DNA of 64,000 nucleotides from Plasmodiophora brassicae (Eukaryota): NCBI GenBank assembly GCA_036867785.1, contig CP145422.1, positions 310,001 to 374,000 of the forward strand, read 5' to 3'. Shown piece by piece: positions 23,601 to 34,175 of this stretch (position 1 is its first letter; each line of letters starts with the position of its first letter). The notes under the pieces were generated by a model. It saw only the letters and a program-made list of their open reading frames with translations, ran no database searches and was not told where the DNA came from. The position numbers and the translations under genes were made by a program.

Positions 23601-23676
23601 TGGCGCATGTGAATATCTGGAGGATGCTGATGCTGACGTAGGTGATGAGGAGCTAAATATAGGACCCCGGACTACA
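17619..23676 (-). mobile_element. Full-length Ty3/Gypsy chromodomain LTR retrotransposon, family A copy 2
   Basis: LTRs 17619-17834 and 23461-23676 (one mismatch seen); PPT GGGAAAAGGCAG adjacent to the 3' LTR; TSD GCGG (or GCGGT) on both sides; uninterrupted ORF. Confidence 0.97.
18598..23403 (-). CDS. Gag-Pol polyprotein, copy 2
   Basis: Same domains as copy 1; 12 amino-acid differences counted. Confidence 0.95.
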   Translation of the reverse strand: MELTSSSSSGGSTSATIVTNADASILPKANNLDSTSILTLREAYNRYVAIFEDREAQQPRGRRLRPQGIRLCFTAVQLKAIAENHLDLDDGAEALTDELLDGWIRDQVNALPTSHGLRIQDIESKIADELSMDTSMSTLRDQIASIPDQLTAIQDRHGWKLSETAGGRKAMGRLIADSLQPGYLRGHVQAWVKEDKAEREGNTRAIVREAQDWARHFVAIGRARNASIKRPRKTCSELRLADKQSKLTPAATTSGGRRVPAHRPVPANRQSGPHPVTVNAPKRNREPTATSDSSQMTGTTDGKRDFKCWHCSGPHKMSMCPEKPTRERRNELARHHRPAGGHHPDGRRPIKVAKTRAYTGIQHVTQQVEIEGRRIPYVLDSGCDGGNLIPEHVANELKGATFEVIEPREIASADDQVIAVSTRIVTVPVTKLETKAGNLTLYHVAYYVCDAIPVILFGDTLLSMIGISPRQQLEDMIASGTTEFDARLSGCAMFDVESFDAVSEIVARMATLSGDTYQAPHVHDAAEPTSSDVDLGPINVQEIEASLTRLIHQARLNGMSRQGVARLRLILRRHVNEFRTQLGQDGPVNIEPMITKLQPDATPYRCRPRSYNPKQKEFLDEMIKMLLENNLVYLNMNSRWASPVLVVKKPNGKGYRLCVDLRQVNSRTVPTAWPMPNIEAASRKLAGMTCFFTIDAHKGFWLMPIAKECQEIFSFMTDDGVYTPTRSIQGATNSALQFQARIGKIFDDMKDHLLIGIDDLLGFAKTEDILLHQLARVLERARERNLKFNPDKCVLFARELKWCGRIYSRDGIRHDPERIEALTNMPRPNTFKELQQFIWAANWMRISVPGYAYIIAPLQELTDKANEEMKRIQSSSSSSIRLHDLGWTDRHSKAFEDIRFALIQHVQLAYPKSDHQTCLFTDASDLAWAAVITQIPREDIDLPVHEQRHEPLAFYGKRFSGAELRWSTPEKEAAAIIKATERGDFLLQTSREFLMFCDHRNLTFIFAKDAEMKKHTAQKIERWALHLQGFDYRTKEISGTANVWADLLSRWGAGRIALACRATCILQMDDLRVTPMTHPDFQWPTETEIRESQRLLSREEKIEDGVFFDDDARLWKSKTNAVLIPNHNDCTSLRLRIMIIGHCASAAHRAYDVTKEAITTRFAWPGMDKDIKQMCQQCLHCITTRGGAKVPRPLGEALHGHIPFEVLHMDYLYVEPVRGTDHSYKYILVMKDDFSGLVRLIPCADATSRVAAEALFQWIADFKTPQYLVTDGGSHFTAELIKELTRLRDVEHHITLAYCPWANGTVERANRTIVGILRSVLSEGQISTHSWPYLCPLVQHAINHSPSTRLGGFAPFTVVTKLKPEHPLDNIWDPACNQLRPISPGWVATYLSALQTVMDELHKVVDEAREARHASNVRQRSRHVRKAQCESFIPGDYVLNAKPVPGPAQKLIAQWRGPYRVVQRVNDQVYELEDLLTARRFQAHTQRIRRYADADLNITTEIKQHLERLDQQFHVDDLLDCRIDRETQELQIKVAWSGFDPSEATWEPAALIAEDVPHLVEQLIRKLGDTHAHVDALRQLIPAPKRSRTRNATSHRKKRRS

Positions 23677-24490
23677 GCGGTGATGGCAAGTCGAGGCCAG
23701 TGCCAACTCAACAGCGAGATCGCATCGACGAAACATATGCTGGATAAGGTTGTTAAAGTGATCGCGCATCGCATATGCCATTCGCGAGCGAACTTAAGCA
23801 GAAGGTCGTCGGGTGTATGAAGAAGAATCATGGCGATGCACAATCTTCCGCTGAAAGAACTCGCTCTGTATGTGTTCTCGCCGTCTCCAGAAACTCCAGA
23901 ATCGCCAAGCGACGTGAATGACTCTAAGATCGAACGTGCTGCCCTGTTACGGGCTCACCGTAACCAACGGACAGGCCTCTGTCAAGCCATCGACAAGGAG
24001 TTGGACAACATGGATGATTAGCGGAGCCGCTGTCGCGGAGGCAAGGCCGACGCAACATGTGGGATTACATCGAGGACGATAAGGAAAAGTTTCGACACAA
24101 CTATCAATGACGATCATTAGACGACGCAGAGATCGACGGGAACGAAGAACCCGTCCCTGAAGGAGACGACGGGAATAACGAGCGTGTTCCTGATGGAGAT
24201 ATGGACCCTGAAGACTCTGGCTGATCGCATCACGACCAATATCACGACTTCCGTTACGAATACAAAATTACAATCACCATTCATTCCAGCGCCGACCTGC
24301 TGTGTCGACGCCTAACACCATGTTTTCCCAACACCAGACACTGGCTGTTGCCTACGTATGTGACGATGAAGATATGTTCCATTAACTTCAACACAATGTT
24401 TAACACATATCACAACTAAATAGGGAGGGCCGCTTGACAATCAATGGGCCACAGTGCACACGTTCGTTATAGGTCTGACTAGAGCTGCAG

Positions 24491-27400
24491 TCATATGCCA
24501 ACCTCTTGTTCTTGATGTTGTTGATGTGGCCGTCGTAGCTGGCCGGAAGCGGCGGACGTGAATTGTAGTCGGTCATCATCGTGACATGGATCGAGGCGCG
24601 CGACCCTGAGGGCGACTCGGTCGGCCAATATGCTGATCCATTTCGACCGGACATTATCCCTGAGGAGGTACAGGTGACGGTTGATAGCGGCACCAAGGGC
24701 ATCCATCTGCCGGTCACTCGCATACTCGAGCGCCTTTTGCAGAACGTAATTACCGAACCGGTCCCGAATCAGCAGGCCAACAGCGACGATTAGCTCGTCG
24801 ATAACGCGACCGCGCCGGGCCGGCGTGCCAGTCTCAATGCACTTCTCGACGACGTTGCTGGAGAACTTCTGCTTAGACAGCTTGGCGAACCGGCCCGCCA
24901 TCTGCCCATATATCGAGTCGATAACGTCCTGGTCGCTCCCATCGACGAGCACCAGCTGCACGATATAATTGCCGTACTGGTTCTCGACCAACCGCAGCAC
25001 TGAATCCGCCAGAGCACGGCACACGACTTGAGGACGGCCACCGCCCAGGCGCGTCTCATGCGCCACAATGACCTTCATGACACGCAGGCCGTAATGGTCA
25101 CTGGCCAGGGCAACCGCCTGGACACGAGCCGCGTCGACAATGGCGTTGTGGCACCCGAACAGGTCAATGTAGCGCAGGACGACGTAATGGCCGCTGGGTG
25201 ACACCATCATGGCGGGCAGGTGCGCCACCATGGCCTTGATCAGGGCGTCGGGGCAGTGGCCCAGCAGGGGCATCATGGCCTGCAAGGAGAAAGACCCGAG
25301 CTTGTGACAGGCAACCTGTCGCATCTGATCGCCGCCACCTAGGCCCAGTGCCAGCAGGCGACGTCGCTGGACAGGGTTCGCCACTTGCACGAGACGCTCC
25401 GCAGTGTAATGCCCGAACGGGTCCATCATGAGGTCAGCGAGTCGTGGGCCCAGCGCTTCGACCATCTGATCCAGATCACAGGATCGGCAGGTCGACATCT
25501 CGTCCTGGAGCAGGCGCGACGCGACCTGTTGACGCGCGCGCCGGTACAGCGTCTTGGCGACCAGGTCACGATCATCAGCGGGAGACGAGGCGACCAAGGC
25601 CCATCGACCACCGGCAGACTGGTGCACACCGACACGACCACCACCCTCATTCCTGTGCGCCACCGGCGCCGGCTGCCCACCACTAAAGCACCACAAGCCG
25701 TCAGCCGACAGCCACGTTAAGCGACACACGTTGCTGCTGCTACCTGGTAGAGGCCGGTAGCGGGGCATTGACCACCACGACAGATCGACGGAACGAGTAC
25801 TGTAGGGAAGACAGGCCATGCAGGCCGTCCGCGGTGGTCTGCAGGGTAATGACGACCTCGTGGCCGTGGTCGACCAAGGCGCGGTACGACGACGACGACA
25901 ACGATGATGCGAATAGTTCGATGTCGTGGTCCCAGTGCAGACCGGATGCGACGAGTCGAATGCGAATCGCCATGCGGAAGCAGACGGGCGTCCAGGCAAA
26001 TGATGATGATGATGATGACGGCAGGTTGACAGTCAGCGTGTCGAGGTCGGTATTCGCATCGTGATGGGAAATGGCCCTGGCCTGTGTCGACCAGTACCCG
26101 ACAGGGCCGATCAGATGCCCGACCTTGATGTCGATCTGGCAGACCGACATGCGATCCGAAACAGGCCGCCTAACGACACTGCCGCCATCATCAACTGCCA
26201 CGAACCTGGTGGATGACATGTACGGTCAGCAATGCTCCCGAGCAGAAGCAGTGCTGCGCAAACGTGCCTGTAGGGTGCATGGGCGCGCAGGTCACCCGGG
26301 TACTGTTCGCCCTGGCACGACACGTGCACGACATGCTGATGGTGTCCTGGGCAGAGTCGTGGGCCGATGATCTCCAGGTCGTCGTCCGCATAGGCGCGTG
26401 TGCAGTAGGGGCACCCTTGCCACCGTAGCAGGATGGCGCCCACATCTGTATCCACATTGGACGGCGACGATGTTCGCGACTCCGCATCTGCCTCACCAAG
26501 TCAGGCGGAAGAACCCAGATTGACCAACGCAGGGGTGCCGTACCGAGACAGGCCTCGGCAACCTTGATGTATTCGAGGTCGGCCAGGTCGTTGGCGACCG
26601 TATCGACATCAGCGGCCGGGCCGGCGGTCCAATCAGTGACGAACGTTGTTGCGGTCGGCCAGGACGACGTCATCGATGACCAGTCAAAGTCGCGCAGGTA
26701 CGATGGCAGATCCAGGCAACCCTGTGGGGACACACCGGTCACTACCATGTCGATGCGGTGGTCGGCCACCCTGCAATCCTGATAGACCTACCTCCGAGTA
26801 GGCCATCCGTTTCATAAATTGCCGATCGTAGGACAGGACGGCCGGGCAGGACGAGATGTCCGGTTCCGGGGTCTCATCAGTGGACTCCTCCATCTGGCGG
26901 AACCGCTCCCGGACCAGAGGATCAGCCGCATCGGACCGCGATTGCTAACAGACGTTCATCATTTCGTTCATCATTTCGATGGCCGACCGCATGCGTCGCT
27001 AAGTCTGACGTACCGAGCGGCGATACTCGATGTGGACGTGGTCGTCCAGGTCGAGCACCGATCGACAGCGCGACGTGAAGTCGTTGCTCTTGGACGGGTC
27101 GTTGGCGTTCTTGACGATGATTGTGGCCGTATCGCTGGCCGGGAACCGCTCGAGAATGACGCCCAGGATGTCATCGCTGTGCGTGCACACCTCGCCGACC
27201 ACCATCATGGCCACCTCCAGGAACGATTTCGACGCCTGCGCCACCTCGTCGATCGGTATGACCTGATGGATGATTGACGTTAGCTGACGATGGCAACGAC
27301 GATCGGCGATAGGGAGGCGACGAACCCATTCGCCACCGGGTATCTGCATGGGCCAGAACGGTCGTGCGAACTCCTTCAGCAGGTGCATTGTGCTATCCGC

Positions 27401-27609
27401 CGGTATATGCGCCAAGATATGGTCGAGGTTGTTGGCGACGCTCCAGAACCCCTAGGACGCGCAGGTCAGGTCGAACGGCGACCGGGCGGGCGGATGATCG
27501 ATGCGGCGACCTGTATGTTGCGGAACCTGGCCAGGTCGAAGACGGCCCCTTGGGGGTTGTGGACTTGCAGGGCCCACTCGTGCGCCAGATCGTATCCCTT
27601 GATCTTCAT
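24491..27609 (-). CDS. Putative eIF4E-like / 4E-binding-motif / Pumilio (PUF) fusion protein, 8 exons, ~892 aa
   Basis: Introns 27452-27510, 27263-27325, 26945-27013, 26722-26791, 26488-26543, 26206-26267 (GC-AG) and 25683-25743 give 2679 nt of open frame. PUF repeats (NQYGNYIVQ, QKFSSNVVEK, DRFGNYVLQK) are clear; eIF4E motifs HEWAL, IQGFWSVANNL, RPFW..PGGEW, VVGE..DDILGV. Confidence 0.75.
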
Positions 27610-27854
27610 GCCGCCGGTGCCGCCTCGGCGTTCATCGCATTAGGACGGGGCGCGCGGGGCAGCAGCAGGTGGCGTACGCAATGTTCAGTGCCCGGTCTCT
27701 CCTGTAGGCAGTGCGGCTCGGCGGCCCCGGCCCACCTGTCATATTGTCCGTAACGAAATGGCGCATGCAATCCTATGAACCTATGCGGACGTACGAGCGC
27801 TACCACCGATATATGATGATGACCCACCGCAACCTTGTATTCGCGGGGCGACCC

Positions 27855-28951
27855 TTAATCGTCCATCTCGTGCCGGTACCGGGAACACAGGCGTACGCGT
27901 CGAACAGGGCGTGGAGCTAGGCGACGCGTCTCGATGTACCCTCGTGCCTGCATCGCGACGTATGACTGCGTCAGGGCGTTGCACACGCTTGGAACGACGG
28001 TGCTCCTCAGGTTGCCCGTCAGGTCGTCTGCCAGGAGGACCGACGGGAACTCACTGCACGTTTGCTTTAACGGGCCCAGGCGGACCTGCCGCCGCACACT
28101 GCCAGCCGTACGCGTGCCCTCCTTCTTGCTGGCGGACGCTTTGCTGATCAGGACCGACGATGCTTTGGAAGGCAGGCACGCGATCTGATGTAGGAGGCGG
28201 CGTTCAGCAGTACGTCGACGTGCTTGCCTCAGTGCATCCAAGTGTCGCGCCCGTTTGTTCCGCTGGGCCCGTGTCATACGCCCGGGAGCGGTTCCGCCAA
28301 CGATGATGCTGTCGGTGCCGGCCTCGTTGTCATCGTCGTCGGTGCCGCTGCATTCGTCGACAGTCGGTGTTTGACGAGCGGACTGGATAGCAGCTGCGAA
28401 GCGTCGGTCGTCACGCGTCTCCTCCAGGTAGGCCTCCTGGGCACGACGGACGGCTTCGGCGTGAGCGGCCGGCGACGGGTTATAAGACTGTCCGGGTTCA
28501 GCACACTGGATGGAAGCAGACGCACGACCGACACGAATTGCTTCAGGCGGCAAACGATGGCGCGCCTTTCGGCAGCCGTTGGACGGCGCTGTACTCAGCC
28601 ATGGGTCTTGAACGGGTGCCGGAGAGTCCATCCATAGGTCGTACGTCTTTGCAGGCGCCGGCAGCAATTCCGTCAATGATGCCGATGGATGTCCTGTTCC
28701 AGTAGGACGGTTACCGTCCTTGGCACTGGTTCGCTTTGCAGATGCCACAACCGCAGCTTTCGCCTTCTTGGCCGGTCGGCCTTCATTGTCGACAGAAAAC
28801 AGTGACGATGATGGCAGCGAACGCCTACAACATGATGTTTAATCGGGGTCAAGTATACACTGGTCATGCGGACGGAATACAGAGCGATTTGGTCGGCCTC
28901 GTCATCACAATCGATATGCCGCCAGGTGCGTTTCTTGGCGGTACGCCCCAT
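27855..28951 (-). CDS. NOP53: Ribosome biogenesis protein NOP53/GLTSCR2 (spliced)
   Basis: KKRTWRHID N-terminus, PGQSYNPS, LTGNLR..ARGYIETR C-terminus; intron near 28785-28870. Confidence 0.85.
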
Positions 28952-30705
28952 GTCGTGCCTTGCTGGCAGAATCAAATCCGTCACGGACTCCGCCACGGGT
29001 CCGTGGATCCTCCATGCCGGTCTGGCCCTGCCTGGCGCAATCATGGTCCTCTGGTCCGGGGTCACTGGGGCTCTGGGCGCGGTTGTGCCCGGCTTCGGTT
29101 GTTCACCGTACGCTAGCTCCTTTGAGGGGGACTGTACAATGCCGCTTTTGGTTTCTGCCATGGCGTTTCTATCGTGACCAGCCCTTAGATGAATGACGGA
29201 AGGGAGATGTTTATCGCAGCTGATGCCGGCGTAATTGGACTCAGCTGCGTTCGATTTGATAAACACCTCCCTTCCATCATTCAACCCAAGCGCTGGTAAC
29301 GACATTTCCCTATATAGCGAAGCTGGCGAATGCTTAAGAAATTCTCCTTTTTGTCAGGGTGCGACACGAACGCCAGTGCCGTATAGCATATCGCGTCAGT
29401 ACAGGTGATGCGGAGATTGGCCTATCTCTTGCGTCTTGAGCAAATTTCGTCGCGTACGGGCCCTCGTCTATGCATCGTTATAACAACTTGTACATCAATT
29501 ATCTTCGTCCCGCACTTATCATTGAAGCATCGGGTCAATTGATCAGGAGTGGACTTAGTACGCTTACGCTGCAGATAGCAAGCAAACGGAATGTGACACC
29601 GCGGTGGACCAGAGAGAGGACGAACTGCGACAAATCAACGTAGCAGATGGCTGCAGAGCTGAATCATTCGTAAAACTGAATATCGGGCACGTTGTGATTG
29701 GCATGCAAGTAACGCACCGTTAACAACAGCGGTTACCTAACACTGTGTACTACCGAGGTAGTAGATCTGCTACCGTGGCACTAGAACGCCATACAGCTGC
29801 GCTGCAGAGGACGTCATCACAGTGTCATCGTGCAGTTTGCTGTCGTATTCTATGTAGGACGCTGCCCAATTAGCATTCGTCAGTGCGTAGTGATAGGTGT
29901 ATGTGGGCGATACAAGTAGGTTGTATTTATTGCGAACAACGCATGTTCTCTCTCGTGGTCGCCAACCTCCTGCCGACGTCGAACAACATTCGCTGGACCA
30001 AACAGAAATAGCGTTGGACTGCGTGCGGTCTCCGTCACGGTATCCGCCTCGCAGGCGGACGAGAGCAGCCTGGTCGGCGGACGCCGGGGCTCATTCGCAA
30101 TCTGCACATCCGCGCCGTGGGTCAACTGTTTGCCAGTGGCGCGCCGCCATGCATAATTTGCAATGCAGGGTATACGCAAGCGTTGTCATGGCTGGCAGTC
30201 GAATTTGTTGCCCCAGTCCGGCTATGAGACGATCGAAGGGTGGGGTCCACGCGGCCGTCCATACGCCAACATCGACTGTTCATTGTCGTATTCGAATATA
30301 CGCAATGAATGGTATCGAATCTGTGTCGACTCTCACGCCTGGTACGTTGCATTGTTGTCGAGTTGGGTTGTCGCTCTGTCCGCAACCCTGGCGCTGGTCG
30401 TTGCTGCCCGCCGTGGCGCCGTCGACCAGGCCGGCCGGCCTGCGGGGTCGGACTATTTCTAAATTTAGGGCCTGCGTCAGTGGCGCACATTTGTGCACTG
30501 CTGACGGGCAATGCCCGCGCCCCAATGGCCGCGGTGCGTTAGGGCCGCGGGTTGGCGTACAACCGGAAGTCCGTACGGCATGCCGTGGCATTGCGCCACG
30601 GACTCCGCCGCATCGTCATTCAACGCCGTGAGGACGATAGATACGCCGCGCTCAACGCCGTACCGCCGCGACGCGTGCCCGTACCCAACCTGCTAAGCCC
30701 CCACA

Positions 30706-31659
30706 ATGGACACAACTACCATGGACAGGTCCGCTACCATTGACGCCAACGTCAGCGGCGGATCCGCCGCGGCCGCGCACGATGCTGACCCGCTGTCGGT
30801 CGATCTCGGCGCCGGCACGTTCGCCAAGCGGGGTCGGCCGTCCTACACCGACGGGTCCTCAGCGAAGAAGGCGCGTGGGCCCACCGATGTCCCGTCCGAC
30901 AGCGAAGCCGACAAGGGCGACGGTGGCGACATGCACAAGGGCAGTTGTCATCAGTGCAAGTCGCGACGATCGATCGGCGATCTGATCTTCTGCACGAACA
31001 TCGTCGACAAGAAGAACAAGCATTGCCGGAAGAAGTACTGCGAAGGGTGTCTGAAGAAGTTCTACAAGGAGGACGTCACGGACGCCATGCGCACGTCGTG
31101 GACATGCCCGTCCTGTCGGCAGTCATGCACGTGCGCGGCCTGTCGCCGGCGTCGTGATGGCAAGGACACGCCGTTGCTCATACCAGGCGGTGTACACGGC
31201 GCCGGCACAGCTGATGCGGTCGGTTTCGACAGTCAGCCTGGAGGTGCTGCCGGCGGCCTGTATTCATCATTGATGATGCGAGGCGCTGGACCCGACTCGG
31301 TCCTGGCGGGAGCGGGCCCGTACGGTCACCTGGCATCGTATGCACAAGCGGGTGCGGGCGCGCCGAATGGTGGCCAGAACTCGTCGTTCGCCATGCTGTA
31401 CGCCGTCGCCCAGATGCCACACGTTCGCGCGCAGATCAAGTCCGTTCTCGATCGTAAGGACATCAACGACGAGAACAAGGTCGACAAGATCGCCGCTCTG
31501 CTTCGTCAGGCCGTCGACACTGCACCAGCGGACGGCGGGGACGCATCAGCGAACCAGAGCACACCGTCATCGCCGCAGCCGCCTCAGGCATCGCTGGACG
31601 CCACGTCGTACGCCATGCCCGACGGCAATGCCGAGTCCTGCCTGCAGGACGCCGCCTGA
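30706..31659 (+). CDS. zf-4CXXC_R1 (CDCA7/KDM3-type) zinc finger protein
   Basis: SCHQCK..C..CRKKYCEGCL..Y..WTCPSCRQSCTCAACR; basic NLS-like segment upstream. Confidence 0.85.
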   Translation: MDTTTMDRSATIDANVSGGSAAAAHDADPLSVDLGAGTFAKRGRPSYTDGSSAKKARGPTDVPSDSEADKGDGGDMHKGSCHQCKSRRSIGDLIFCTNIVDKKNKHCRKKYCEGCLKKFYKEDVTDAMRTSWTCPSCRQSCTCAACRRRRDGKDTPLLIPGGVHGAGTADAVGFDSQPGGAAGGLYSSLMMRGAGPDSVLAGAGPYGHLASYAQAGAGAPNGGQNSSFAMLYAVAQMPHVRAQIKSVLDRKDINDENKVDKIAALLRQAVDTAPADGGDASANQSTPSSPQPPQASLDATSYAMPDGNAESCLQDAA

Positions 31660-31853
31660 TACACAGGCACTCTTCTCTAATACGCGTCGTCGTTCCTCCT
31701 TCCGATGTCGAGCGCCTTGACACGCCCACCTTCCCTCGACTGCCCTTGGTCGTGCAGAACGCTTCATTTATTTCATCCATAAAACTATGATGTTACGTAA
31801 TCGCACGCGTGTCCTGAACTGATGTATGTTTATGCTGATGAGCGCTGCCATGT

Positions 31854-34069
31854 CTACGTGTGCTGCAGTCGGGCCATGTTGTCGGCGAGTTTGCGGTCGA
31901 TCCGGGCGGGGATCTGCTTGACGAGTTCGTGGTTCGTCGCCGCCTGCAGCGCGAACTTGTAGTCGCGCGTCGGGAACGGCATTCGCACGAGCGTGTCGTT
32001 CGCCTCGATGGCGTCGGCCAGGCATTGCAGACCGGCCACCTTCGTGTTGTTCTGGTCCAGCTGCAGCGACGTGAGCGTGTGGTTCGCCTTGATCGCGTCG
32101 GCCAGCGCCATCATGCCCTCGTCGCCCATGGCGTTGCCCTGGATGTCCAGCGCGGTCAGGGCGGGCGCCCCCGTCTTCAGCTCGGACAGCATGGGGTCCA
32201 GGCGCATGTGCGCCTTCGTCGTGCTGTTGTCCGCCAACAGCAACTCGCTGAGGAGCGGCGTCGACCGCACAAAGTCACGCAGGGCATTCGCCAGCGCCTC
32301 GTCATCGTCGTCCCCCTCATTGTCCAGCACTAGGAACGCGGATCAGTGCCAGGGCAACCGCCAAGCAAGCACGTGCATGGCGAACCGTTGGACGAGAGCG
32401 ACAGGCGGGCAATGGGCCCACCCGTAAGGCCCTTCAGGATCCAGGAGATGGCCGCATGCCCGAGTTCACAGTGGTCCGCCGCCAGGCTATGCACGATGCG
32501 GGATTCGCTGAGGATCGATGCGATCTTCACACCGACGTAGTCGCCGAGGTCGTTGCCGCTGATGTCCATCTCCATGCGCTGGCGTTCGCTGCGGAACGCG
32601 CTGGCCACCAGGGCCTCGATCGCCCGCGCCGACACCTTCAGGAACGATACGTTGAGCACCTCGAGCGTCGGGTTCGCCGCGATGCCCGCGCACAGCTGGA
32701 CGGCGATGACGTCGCCGAACGCGTTCTTCGAGACGGACAGCTCCTTCAGGGTCGGGCAGCGGGCGGCCGCCACGAGGCACCCGGCGACGCCCTCATCAGA
32801 GATCTGGCAGTTGTTGACGAACAGGCGCTCCAGGCGCCAAGCGTCCATTGCGAAGAGCGACGACAGGGAATCGGCGGCCGCCGGCCCAATTGTGTTGCCG
32901 GACAGGTCCAGCGATCGCAGCGAGCCGACAAGGACGACGTTGTGCTGGATGCTCTGCAGGAGGCGACCAGTCCCCAGCGCCTGCGACTTCAACCGCGCCA
33001 CGGTCAGCGACTCCTGTGGTCGTTTCGTGCAGGCGACGACGTCGGCCACCAGGATCATGCCGGCCTCCTCCAGGTCATTGCACGAGATGTCGTACGACTG
33101 CAACGGTGGATCTCGTAGCAGGACACTGGCAGCACACATGCGTTCAGAACGCCAGCAACCCGTGAAGCGTCGCGCCACGCAATGAACCTTCGTAGCAGCG
33201 GGACGCTGGCGACGGTGGCCCCCGTCTTGCGCATCTCGAGGACGGTGACGCCCGGGTGCCGGCTGATGGCCTGCAGGGCGGCGTTCATGCCCGTGTCCTT
33301 CAGCTGGATGTCGTGGATGCGAATCTTCGTGAATCGCATGCCATAGGACAGGGCCTTGAACAGCGCCAGCGCCGTCTGCGTGTCCAGGTCGGGGTACAGC
33401 GTGTTCGTGATCGTCAGCGTGTCCGCATCGGGGCCCTCCCGCGCCTGGCAGACGACGGCCATCAGCCTGGCGCGAAGGTCGGCATTGGGTTGCGCCCCGA
33501 ATAGACGGCAGGCGGCGTTGAACCGGTACGTGAACCCAGCCTCGTCGGTCACTACCAGCGCGTACGTCAGTGGTGGTGCGACCGAGCCCACCACCCGACC
33601 TTGGCGACTTACTGGGTACAATGCCCGCCGACAGGAACGACGTCGTCATGGACTGCGTCATGTACTTGCCTGTGAATCGGGCGACGGACGGGTCCCGGCA
33701 CCCGTTGGTCAGGCGCGAGTACTCGGCGTAGATGCCCTGGACGATGGCCATGGCGGATGCGGGCTCCGCCTGCATACGAAGGACGAAATCGGGGAACTGG
33801 ACGACGACTTCGGTGTCGGACACCTTCACGTCCAGCAGGTTGTACAGGAAGTCCTGGCGCTGAACGGACGCCGCCTTGCCCTTGACCTTCAGCGTCACCA
33901 TCATCGTGTTGGCCAGCACGATCGTCCGCTTCTGCAGCTTGCCGTACTTGTTGATCTTCCGGACGACCTCGCTGAACGTGATGTCGACCGTGCCGCCGCC
34001 CAAGGCCGCCGACAGCGCCGACATTGTCGCCGCGTCCAGCGATGCGGCGGGACCCGACTCCCCGCCCAT
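31854..34069 (-). CDS. CARMIL-like PH + leucine-rich-repeat protein (spliced)
   Basis: N-terminal PH-like VRKINKYGKLQKRTIVL; many RNI-like LRRs; LDIQGNAMGDEG..LQLDQN..MPFPTRD cap; introns near 33560-33625, 33120-33170 and 32331-32385. Confidence 0.8.
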
Positions 34070-34175
34070 CGCTCGTGCACTATCTAAGCAGAGACGTCGT
34101 CCCGCCGTCGCCGGGGTCGACTGACCGTACTCCCGGCAAGTATACTGTATTGCAGAGTGTACGTCAGAGGTGCGT

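Noticed and set aside
1-23676. 18-kb tandem duplication or assembly artefact
   Set aside because: Homology stops exactly at the LTR ends, the flanks differ, copy 2 has its own TSD and the copies differ by SNPs.
24491-25999. Stand-alone 502-aa PUF protein as listed in the ORF track
   Set aside because: It has a non-ATG start and its first ~105 aa read through an intron and the wrong frame of the upstream exon.
29300-30700. Several ORFs, including 29897-30631
   Set aside because: No recognisable motifs or codon bias; likely the divergent promoter region. No tRNA or snRNA pattern seen.
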